A program made the position numbers and the translations under genes. This document shows, one piece after another, positions 56,939-64,000 of a stretch of 64,000 nt of DNA (the stretch's first letter is position 1; each line of letters opens with the position of its first letter). The stretch covers positions 10,077 to 74,076 of the forward strand of contig SFFE01000008.1 of the NCBI GenBank assembly GCA_004556965.1, written 5' to 3'. The notes under the pieces are model-generated. The model saw nothing but the letters and a program-made list of their open reading frames with translations. It searched no databases and was not told where the DNA came from. This stretch comes from Clostridiales bacterium (GTDB lineage: Bacteria > Bacillota > Clostridia > Oscillospirales > Oscillospiraceae).

Positions 56939-57217
56939 GTGACGGCGACCGGGAAAACATTTTCTTACGATTGCGCCCGCTGGAAGCATAAGCGTGCCGC
57001 AATTTTGCGCAGGGACGGCTACATGTGCCGGAACTGCCGACGATACGGACGGCTGACCGAAGCGACGGAAGTGCATCACATCAAGCACGTGGACGAGTAT
57101 CCGGAGCTGGCTTATGTGGATGATAATCTCATCAGCCTGTGCCACGCCTGCCACAATGCGCAGCACCCGGAGAAGGCTGCTGCTTTGAAGCACCCGCGCG
57201 CATATTGCCGCTATTAA
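56939..57217 (+). CDS. HNH endonuclease (terminase-associated type)
   Basis: CRNC...HHI.H......N L..LC..CH..H motif. Immediately upstream of terS. Confidence 0.85.
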   Translation: MTATGKTFSYDCARWKHKRAAILRRDGYMCRNCRRYGRLTEATEVHHIKHVDEYPELAYVDDNLISLCHACHNAQHPEKAAALKHPRAYCRY

Positions 57218-57378
57218 TCCCCCCCCTCTCGTCGACCGCATTGGTCGGCGCTCGTCTTGTGGCGGTGTTAACTCTCTCCAAGCGCGCGGCGAAAAATCGG
57301 GGAGGGGGATCGCACGCGCGACAAAATCAACCCGCGCCCGCGCGCCACGGGATTTTACTCGCGCGGGAACATTAGAGC
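57217..57378 (+). other. structured non-coding block in cos-type position (HNH-terS gap), homologous to island 40129-40290
   Basis: C8...G4AG5 long-range complement. Nested CGCGCGA/TCGCGCG and CCCG/CGGG stems. Confidence 0.75.
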
Positions 57379-57459
57379 AGGCAGCGGACGGCATATTCAC
57401 AAAAACCATCATTTTTTGTGAATAGCGGCCGCGATCCGCGCCGGAAATCTGCAAAAATC

Positions 57460-57476
57460 GTGTCCAATTTGGACAC
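57460..57476. repeat. 17-bp palindrome GTGTCCAATTTGGACAC, copy 4
   Basis: Intergenic, directly upstream of the terS RBS. Confidence 0.95.
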
Positions 57477-57527
57477 GGGAAGGAGGCGCGCTCCATCAGC
57501 AAGCGAGAAGACGACATCCGCGCAAAC

Positions 57528-57881
57528 ATGCGGATTGCCGGAACATACAACGAGGCCTTCGAGCCTGTGATCCGGATGCTGGCCAAAGTCCAGACGGAGC
57601 TGGCGCGCGCCGAAAAGGACTGGCGCGATCCGGAGCTTGGCAACAAGGAGTACGTATCCGAATACACCAACAAGGCCGGCGCGACGAACTTTGTGAAGAA
57701 TCCATACTTTGCGGTGGTGGAAGATCTCCGCCAGGACGTGCTGTCGATCTCTTCGCAGCTCGGCCTGACCCCACAGGGGCAGCGCCGGGTAATGGGCAGC
57801 AATGCCAAGATCAAGCCGCAGGGCAAGTCCAAGTTTGAGACGGCGCTCGCGGCGGCTGCAAAGGCGGCTGGGAAGACGTGA
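57528..57881 (+). CDS. terS: terminase small subunit (P27-family-like)
   Basis: Position and size fit terS. Stop overlaps the terL start. The frame is open upstream to 57426 and a strong GGAAGGAGG at 57478 suggests an earlier non-ATG start. Confidence 0.65.
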   Translation: MRIAGTYNEAFEPVIRMLAKVQTELARAEKDWRDPELGNKEYVSEYTNKAGATNFVKNPYFAVVEDLRQDVLSISSQLGLTPQGQRRVMGSNAKIKPQGKSKFETALAAAAKAAGKT

Positions 57882-59638
57882 CGGCACCCATTATCCGCAT
57901 CGGCTCCGGGAAAAATGCGCAGGCGGTCGCGGACTATGTGCAGGGCTGCATCACCGGAAGAATTCCGGCGTGCCCGGAAATCGCGCAGGCGTGCCAGCGA
58001 TTTGCCAACGATCTCAGTGATCCGCGCTGGGACTTCCGCCCACAGGACGCGGAGTACGCCATTGCCCTCATCGAGACGATGCTCTGCCACCAGCAGGGCG
58101 AGCGGCTCGACGCGACGCCGCTGCGCGGCCAGCCGTTCCTGCTGCTGCCGTATCACAAATTCATCGTATACAATCTCCTGGGCTTTTACGTCTCCGGCAC
58201 GCAGGAGCGCCGATTCAAAGAGGCGTTCATCTTCGTACCCCGTAAAAATATTAAGACGACGTTCGCCGCCGCGCTCGCCTGGGCGCTGGCGCTGATCGAG
58301 CGGAAGTCAGGCGCAAAAGTTTACATCGTCGGCGCTGCGCTCCGCCAGGCATTGGAGGCTTTCTCTTTCCTTTCCTACAATGTCCGGCGGCTGGGGCTGA
58401 GCGAGGACGACGACCCAGAGGAGGGGCTGCGGCTCCTGGACAATAACCAGGAGCGCAGCATTTCCGGGGAGATCGGCGACGGCTCAATCTACATCGGCGC
58501 GCTCGCCTCCAACCCGGACGCGCAGGACGCGCTTAACGCCAACATCATCATCGCCGATGAGCTTCATGCCTATAAGTCGCCGAAACAGTACAACGTGCTG
58601 AAGGAGGCAACCAAGGCATACACCAACAAGCTCGTCATCGGCATCACCACCGCTGGCGACCGCGAGAACAGCTTCTGCGGCCACCGCCTGAAATACTGCC
58701 GCAAAATCCTGAACGGCACCGTCACGAGCGCCGACGCCGACGCGCTTTTTATCTACATCGCCTGCGCGCCAGTGGATGAGCACGGCGACGTGGACTACAC
58801 GAATCCGCTGGTGCACCAGCAGGCCAACCCGGCCTATGGCGAGTCCATCCGGCCAAACGACATCATGAACGATGCGCTGCAGGCGCAGAACGACCCGCAG
58901 CAGCGCAAGGACTTTTTTGCGAAATCCCTGAACGTCTACACCACAGCGCTCAAGGCATATTTCAACATCGAGGAATTCCGCGCCAGCGACAGCAAGTACA
59001 ACTGGACGCTTAAGGAGCTGGCCAAGCTGCCCATCAAGTGGTACGGCGGCGCGGACCTCTCCAAGCTGCACGACCTCACCGCGGCTGCATTGTTCGGCAC
59101 CTACCAGGGCGTGGACATCATCGTCCCGCATTGCTGGTTCCCGCGCACCGCAGCGGCGATCAAGGCGGACGAGGATAACATCCCGCTGTTCGGCTGGAAA
59201 GACGACGGGTGGCTCGATATGTGCAACGACAAGTCGATCAACCAGGCTGAGGTCGTCGGCTGGTTCGTGGCCATGCGGAAGATGGGATTTAACATCGTGG
59301 AAGTCGGCCACGACCGGAAATTCTGCCGCGAGTATTTCGGCGGCATGAAAAAGGCGGGCTTTCGCATCATCGATCAGCCGCAGTATTTTTACAAGAAATC
59401 CGAGGGATTCCGGCACATCGAGGCCAGTGCCAAAAATGGAAAGCTGTACTACATGCACGCCGAGCCCTATGAATACTGCGTGGAAAACGTCCGCGCCATC
59501 GAGAAGACGGACGATATGGTGCAGTACGAGAAAGCAGAACCGACTCTGCGCATCGACGTGTTCGACGCCTCCGTTTTTGCGTGCATTCGCGCGCTGGAGA
59601 ACATGGACAAGGGCGGCGCAGAGAAGAGCTGGTACTAA
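57878..59638 (+). CDS. terL: terminase large subunit
   Basis: 586 aa. Walker-type ATPase N-domain and RNaseH-like nuclease C-domain organisation. Syntenic position. Confidence 0.85.
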   Translation: MTAPIIRIGSGKNAQAVADYVQGCITGRIPACPEIAQACQRFANDLSDPRWDFRPQDAEYAIALIETMLCHQQGERLDATPLRGQPFLLLPYHKFIVYNLLGFYVSGTQERRFKEAFIFVPRKNIKTTFAAALAWALALIERKSGAKVYIVGAALRQALEAFSFLSYNVRRLGLSEDDDPEEGLRLLDNNQERSISGEIGDGSIYIGALASNPDAQDALNANIIIADELHAYKSPKQYNVLKEATKAYTNKLVIGITTAGDRENSFCGHRLKYCRKILNGTVTSADADALFIYIACAPVDEHGDVDYTNPLVHQQANPAYGESIRPNDIMNDALQAQNDPQQRKDFFAKSLNVYTTALKAYFNIEEFRASDSKYNWTLKELAKLPIKWYGGADLSKLHDLTAAALFGTYQGVDIIVPHCWFPRTAAAIKADEDNIPLFGWKDDGWLDMCNDKSINQAEVVGWFVAMRKMGFNIVEVGHDRKFCREYFGGMKKAGFRIIDQPQYFYKKSEGFRHIEASAKNGKLYYMHAEPYEYCVENVRAIEKTDDMVQYEKAEPTLRIDVFDASVFACIRALENMDKGGAEKSWY

Positions 59639-59648
59639 GGAGGAAATT

Positions 59649-60845
59649 ATGAGCAAAAAGAAACGCCGGAGCCGGGACCGCCCGACCAACACCCGCAGCA
59701 CGACGAACGACGCGCTCGGCGCGTGGCTGATCGGTGCTGCGGAATCGCTGGAGGTGAGCGGCTATACCCGAATGAGCGATTGCCCGGAAGTGTCCGCTGG
59801 CGTCGATGCGATCGCCGGACTCGTTGGGAGCATGACCATCCACCTGATGCAAAACGGCGACGGCGGCGACGTCCGCGTCCGCGATGGGCTGGCCGCGAAA
59901 GTGGACATCAGCCCGTACTCCCTCGGCACTCGAAAATCCTTTATCGAGTGGATCGTCCGGACGATGATGACATCCGGTAACGGAAATGCCTTTGTGCTGC
60001 CGGTCTTCGACGGTGGATTTCTGGACGATCTTGTACCAATGCCGGGCGCGTCGGCATATCCGAGCGGTGCCGGGTACGAGGTACAGTGGCGCGGCCGGAC
60101 GTTTGCGCCGGATGAGGTGCTGCACTTTGCGCTGCGCCCGTCCTTGACGGAGCCGTGGCGCGGCACCGGATACCGCGTGCAGCTCCGAGACGTGACCAAG
60201 AATCTTCGACAGGCGAACGCAACGAAGAACGCATTTATGTCTCAGAAATGGAAGCCGTCCGTCATCATCCGCGTGCAGGGCGTGGCGGATGAATTTTCCA
60301 CGAAGGAGGGGCGCGACCGCCTGCTGAACAGCTACATCGACACCGACGAAGCTGGAAAGCCGTGGGTAGTGCCAGCCGACCTGCTGGACGTCCAGCAGGT
60401 GAAACCGCTGACGCTGAACGATCTGGCCATCAACAATGCCGTGACACTGGATAAGCGCACGGTCGCCAGCATCCTCCACGTTCCGGCATTCCTGCTCGGC
60501 GTCGGCGATTTCAACGCCGCGGAGTACAACAACTTTATCCGCACGACTGTGATGCAGTTCGCGCAGATCATCCAGCAGGAGCTGACGAAGAAACTGCTGA
60601 TCGCGCCGGATCGCTATTTCAAGCTCAACGCCAGATCGCTTTATGCCTACGATCTGAAGGAGCTGGAGGAGATCGGCTCTGACATGTATGCCAAGGGCAT
60701 GATGGAGGGCAACGAGGTGCGAGACTGGCTCGGCCTCTCGCCAAAGGCCGGCCTCAATCAGCTCGTGATGCTGGAAAACTATATCCCCGCCGACAAGATC
60801 GGCGACCAGAAAAAACTACTGCAGGGAGGTGATAGCAATGCCTGA
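59649..60845 (+). CDS. phage portal protein (HK97 family)
   Basis: AGGAGG RBS. About 398 aa. Lies between terL and the prohead protease. Confidence 0.8.
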   Translation: MSKKKRRSRDRPTNTRSTTNDALGAWLIGAAESLEVSGYTRMSDCPEVSAGVDAIAGLVGSMTIHLMQNGDGGDVRVRDGLAAKVDISPYSLGTRKSFIEWIVRTMMTSGNGNAFVLPVFDGGFLDDLVPMPGASAYPSGAGYEVQWRGRTFAPDEVLHFALRPSLTEPWRGTGYRVQLRDVTKNLRQANATKNAFMSQKWKPSVIIRVQGVADEFSTKEGRDRLLNSYIDTDEAGKPWVVPADLLDVQQVKPLTLNDLAINNAVTLDKRTVASILHVPAFLLGVGDFNAAEYNNFIRTTVMQFAQIIQQELTKKLLIAPDRYFKLNARSLYAYDLKELEEIGSDMYAKGMMEGNEVRDWLGLSPKAGLNQLVMLENYIPADKIGDQKKLLQGGDSNA

Positions 60846-61425
60846 TAGGATTACCCGCCAGCTCCGGAGCATCCCGCAGAATTTCCAGACGCGCGCGGAC
60901 GGCGACGACCTGTACATTGAGGGATATTTCGCAGTTTTCAACAGCCCCTACGTCCTCTGGGAGGGCGCGGAGGAGATTGTGAAGCAAGGAGCGTTTGCAG
61001 ACACGCTCTCCGGCGACATCCGCTGCCTGATCGACCACGACACCCGGCTTGTGCTTGGGCGCACCACCGTCGGCACGCTCACGCTGCGCGAGGATGAACG
61101 CGGCCTGTGGGGGCAGGTGAAGATCAATCGGGACGACGTGGACGCCATGAATCTCTATGCCCGCGTGCAGCGCGGCGACGTCGATCAGTGCTCGTTCGGC
61201 TTCAATATCGACAAGGAGGCGTTCGTAGACCTCGGCGGCGGAAAGTGCCGCTGGGAGATCGAGAAAGTCACGCTCTTTGAGGTATCCATCGTCACGTTCC
61301 CGGCCTATGAGGAAACTGCGGTAAAGGCGCGCCACGCAGACCTCGCCGAGATCCAGCGCCGGAAGCTGGAGACATGGCGCGCAACCATGAAAAACAAGAT
61401 TGGAGGAAAGAACAATGGCACTTAA
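60838..61425 (+). CDS. HK97-family prohead protease
   Basis: GYFAVFNS...DHD...LGRT...FGF blocks. GGAGGTG RBS. Confidence 0.82.
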   Translation: MPDRITRQLRSIPQNFQTRADGDDLYIEGYFAVFNSPYVLWEGAEEIVKQGAFADTLSGDIRCLIDHDTRLVLGRTTVGTLTLREDERGLWGQVKINRDDVDAMNLYARVQRGDVDQCSFGFNIDKEAFVDLGGGKCRWEIEKVTLFEVSIVTFPAYEETAVKARHADLAEIQRRKLETWRATMKNKIGGKNNGT

Positions 61426-62824
61426 AGTCCTGCGGCTGCGCAAGCGCCTGAATGATCGCACGGCGCAGCTCGAACAGCTCAGAGCTGACGCCGCCGCGCT
61501 GGATGAGCGCGAGGCACAGCTTGAGGCGGACATCGAGTCCGCCGAAACTGTCGAAGATCAGGCCGCGGTCGACGCGGCGATCGACGAATTCAACACGGAC
61601 CGCGACGCAAACGATGCCGCGATCGCAGCGGCGGAGGAAGATATCCGGTCGCTGACCGAGGAGCTCGCCACGGCGGAGGCCGCCGCAAACGAGGCAAGAA
61701 ACAGTAATCCGGCGCAGACCGGACAGGAAAGGAGAAACAATACCATGCCCCAGAATCCCGAAACCCGTACCCGCTTTTTCGGCATGACCGTCCAGCAGCG
61801 CGACGCCTTCATGGCGCGCACGGACATCGCCGATTTCCTCACCCGCGCCCGCGAACTGCTCGGCCAGAACCGCAGCGTCTCCGGCGCAGAGCTTGGCATC
61901 CCGGATGTGATGCTCGATGTCCTTCGCGACAATATGGCCCGCTACTCCAAGCTCATCACCAAAGTGCGTCTGCGCACGGTAAAGGGCAAGGCGCGCCAGA
62001 ACATCATCGGCGAGGTGCCGGAAGGCGTCTGGACGGAGGCGATCGGCGCGCTCAACGAGCTGGAAATGTCCGTGACCCAGATCGAGGTCGACGGCTACAA
62101 AGTCGGCGGCTATATCGCAATCGCCAACAGCTACCTGGAGGACGATGACAACATCGGCCTGGCATCCGAGATCATGGATCAGCTCGGCCAGGCGATCGGC
62201 TATGCGGTGGACAAGGCCATCGTATTTGGCGATGGCAGCAAAAAGCCGGTCGGCATTGCGACACGCCTTGCCGCTGCGGCGCAGCCGGGATGGTGGGGCA
62301 CGCATCAGGGCACATTCAGCAATCTCTCCGCGACGAATGTGCAGACGCTGGATCTTGCCGCAAAGACTGGTGAGGAATTCTTCGCCGCTCTGATCGGTGC
62401 GCTCTCCGTGGCCAGCCCGAAGTATTCGTCCGGAACGCCGACATGGATCATGTCGCGCAAGACGCACATGGATATCGTCGCAAAGGCGCTGACCTTCACC
62501 GCGGCCGGCCCGCTCGTCGCCGGCATGCAGAACACCATGCCCGTGATCGGCGGCGAGATCATCGAGCTGGACTTTGTCGGCGACTACACGATCATCGGCG
62601 GCTACCTCGATCTGTATCTGCTGGCGGAGCGCGCCGGCGCGGCGATCAGCAGCTCGGAGCACGTCCGCTTCACGGACGATCAGACCGTGTTCAAGGGCAC
62701 GGCGCGCTATGACGGCAAGCCCATCCGCGGCGAGGCGTTTGTGGCCGTGCGCTACGACAACACCGCGCCGACCACCAGCGCAGAATTTGCGACTGACTCG
62801 GCGAATGCGGGCTCTGGAAGCTGA
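61415..62824 (+). CDS. HK97-fold major capsid protein with N-terminal coiled-coil delta domain
   Basis: Follows the protease. About 120-aa coiled-coil scaffold region followed by the capsid domain. Confidence 0.82.
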   Translation: MALKVLRLRKRLNDRTAQLEQLRADAAALDEREAQLEADIESAETVEDQAAVDAAIDEFNTDRDANDAAIAAAEEDIRSLTEELATAEAAANEARNSNPAQTGQERRNNTMPQNPETRTRFFGMTVQQRDAFMARTDIADFLTRARELLGQNRSVSGAELGIPDVMLDVLRDNMARYSKLITKVRLRTVKGKARQNIIGEVPEGVWTEAIGALNELEMSVTQIEVDGYKVGGYIAIANSYLEDDDNIGLASEIMDQLGQAIGYAVDKAIVFGDGSKKPVGIATRLAAAAQPGWWGTHQGTFSNLSATNVQTLDLAAKTGEEFFAALIGALSVASPKYSSGTPTWIMSRKTHMDIVAKALTFTAAGPLVAGMQNTMPVIGGEIIELDFVGDYTIIGGYLDLYLLAERAGAAISSSEHVRFTDDQTVFKGTARYDGKPIRGEAFVAVRYDNTAPTTSAEFATDSANAGSGS

Positions 62825-62857
62825 TAATCTTGCCGCGAATCTGGATGAGGAGGCTGC

Positions 62858-63172
62858 ATGATGCTCGAATCATTTGATTATATGCTTTTCGCGATGCTCA
62901 AAGCGAATCTTTCGATTACGACGAAGTCCAAGGACGAGTATCTCGGATTTCTGCTCAATTCCGCCAAGGAGCAGATCAAGCGAGAGGGAATCGTGCTTGG
63001 TGAGACGCTGGAAGATGCGAATCTCATCGTCATGTACGCGGCTTACCTCTTCCGGAAGCGCGCGGATGATATCGGAGCGATGCCCGTAATGCTGCGGTAC
63101 GCCCTGAACAATCGCCTTTTTGCGCAGAAGTGCGCGGTGTCCAAATTTGACACGGAGAGCGCCAATGTTTGA
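62858..63172 (+). CDS. head-tail connector (gp6-like) protein
   Basis: 104 aa in the post-capsid position. Typical YLF.KR....G.P..L...LN pattern. Confidence 0.65.
   Translation: MMLESFDYMLFAMLKANLSITTKSKDEYLGFLLNSAKEQIKREGIVLGETLEDANLIVMYAAYLFRKRADDIGAMPVMLRYALNNRLFAQKCAVSKFDTESANV
63137..63153. repeat. degenerate palindrome copy 5, GTGTCCAAATTTGACAC
   Basis: One half-site changed (GTGTCAAA). Encodes VSKFDT at the connector gene 3' end. Confidence 0.8.
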
Positions 63173-63503
63173 CGACGGATTGCTGCAACTATGCAGCCTG
63201 GACGAAACCGCGGAAAGGGGCGCTATGCCTGCGCCCCGTCTGCGGCCGTTGTGCGAGGCGTACTACGCAACGCGCACCATCGGATACAATCGCTTTTACG
63301 CTGCCATGGGCGCGAATCAGCAGATTGATCTGATTGTGCGGACGTGGTACCTGCCGGAGGCGCGCATTGGCATGTATGCGGTGCTGGAGGATGAGACTCA
63401 GTACCGCATCGACAATGTGCAGCATCTGCTGGACGACGACGGATTGCGCGTCACCGATCTGACGATGAGCAGACTGGAGGATTTTTATGACGTCGCTGAA
63501 TGA
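63165..63503 (+). CDS. phage head-closure / head-tail adaptor protein
   Basis: 112 aa. Overlapping starts and stops within the connector gene series. Confidence 0.6.
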   Translation: MFDDGLLQLCSLDETAERGAMPAPRLRPLCEAYYATRTIGYNRFYAAMGANQQIDLIVRTWYLPEARIGMYAVLEDETQYRIDNVQHLLDDDGLRVTDLTMSRLEDFYDVAE

Positions 63504-63822
63504 GAAACTTCGCGCGGTGCAGACTGCGCTTGCAGCACTGGATATTCCCACCGTGCGGCATTACTACCGCACCGATCTGCAGCCGCCCTATTTGCTGTGG
63601 GCGGAGTCCGGAGAAGGAGAAAGCTACTGGGCGGATAATTCCATTGCTGAGCAAGTGATATCCGGCGACATCGACTATTTCACGCGCACGGAATTCGATC
63701 CTTCCGTCGACGCGATCCAGGAGGCGCTTTTGTCCGCTGCACGCGCCTGGCGGCTGGACAGCGTGGATTACGAGGAAGACACGAATCTGATCCATTATCA
63801 CTGGACGTTCGAGGTGGCGTGA
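63487..63822 (+). CDS. phage structural protein (head-tail joining region), unassigned
   Basis: 111 aa, translationally coupled to its neighbours. Confidence 0.5.
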   Translation: MTSLNEKLRAVQTALAALDIPTVRHYYRTDLQPPYLLWAESGEGESYWADNSIAEQVISGDIDYFTRTEFDPSVDAIQEALLSAARAWRLDSVDYEEDTNLIHYHWTFEVA

Positions 63823-63823
63823 C

Positions 63824-64000
63824 GTGGCCACTTTTGAATTTAAGGGGCTGGAAGAGTACGAGATCAAGCTATCTCGGCTCCAGAGCGCAAAGACGACTCG
63901 CGAGATTGCGGCCAAGGCGATTTACGAGGGGGCCGGCATTGTCACGGACGCGATCCGCGGCAATATCCGGACTTTGCGCGTATCCAGGGACGTACACAAG
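63824..64000 (+). CDS. HK97 gp10-like tail-completion protein, 5' part (runs off window)
   Basis: GTG at 63824 after the previous stop. The open frame VATFEFKGLEEYEIKLSRL... runs to the window end. Confidence 0.5.
   Translation, partial: MATFEFKGLEEYEIKLSRLQSAKTTREIAAKAIYEGAGIVTDAIRGNIRTLRVSRDVHK

Noticed and set aside
57426-57527. Possible N-terminal extension of terS from a non-canonical start. The frame is open from 57426, and a strong GGAAGGAGG at 57478-57486 is followed by an in-frame ATC at 57495.
   Set aside because: There is no ATG, GTG or TTG in frame before 57528. ATC initiation is rare, so the ATG was kept and the uncertainty flagged.

Overview
High-G+C Firmicutes/Clostridia-type chromosome segment (T-box-controlled pheST, ireB, alr-mazF; taxonomy is inference). 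It has four parts. (1) nt 1-13.9 kb is a mosaic accessory region. It holds visibly lower-G+C sbcDC, an IS21-family element (istAB) next to a 5'-truncated large serine recombinase, a copper-type P1B ATPase cassette (TetR, HMA-fused membrane protein, MBD-less ATPase, Cys-rich membrane protein) flanked by short direct repeats, and a start-less fragment of an Ig-like surface protein. (2) nt 13.97-35.4 kb is core housekeeping: ireB, pheST with T-box leader, nnr, alr, an antitoxin-less mazF, pdp, an EF-G paralogue, a degenerate P-type-ATPase-like protein, rlmB, a rhomboid-like protein, a PQQ-propeller protein, a G1P-dehydrogenase-like protein and a DapF-like protein. (3) nt 35,428-42,460 is a ~7-kb island inserted in the 3' half of tRNA-Thr(GGU), bounded by a 45-bp duplication. 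It encodes a tyrosine integrase, an Xis-like HTH protein and an HUH rolling-circle Rep. Nearly all its intergenic space is filled by two families of ~96-99-bp GC-rich hairpin-forming tandem repeats. It also carries a ~160-nt non-coding block homologous to the HNH-terS intergenic (cos-type position) region of the neighbouring prophage. I read it as a candidate phage satellite, and this is the most interesting object in the window. tRNA-Thr, tRNA-Asp and tRNA-Pro follow. (4) nt ~42.9-64 kb (running off the window) is an HK97-like siphovirus-type prophage: integrase, LexA-like repressor/Cro switch with ATCAA-N5-TTGAT operators, DnaD-like organizer and DnaB, ParA/ParB, HNH, TerS/TerL, portal, protease and capsid. 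Unusual prophage features are five copies of a 17-bp palindrome (GTGTCCAAATTGGACAC) spread over 19 kb, a (GA)17 tract that splits a DNA methyltransferase (candidate phase variation), a gene built from ~20 near-perfect 24-nt repeats flanked by 49-bp direct repeats, and an exonuclease-BRCT/Cys-rich gene pair in the int-repressor cargo slot. All functional calls rest on motifs read by eye; no database search was possible.
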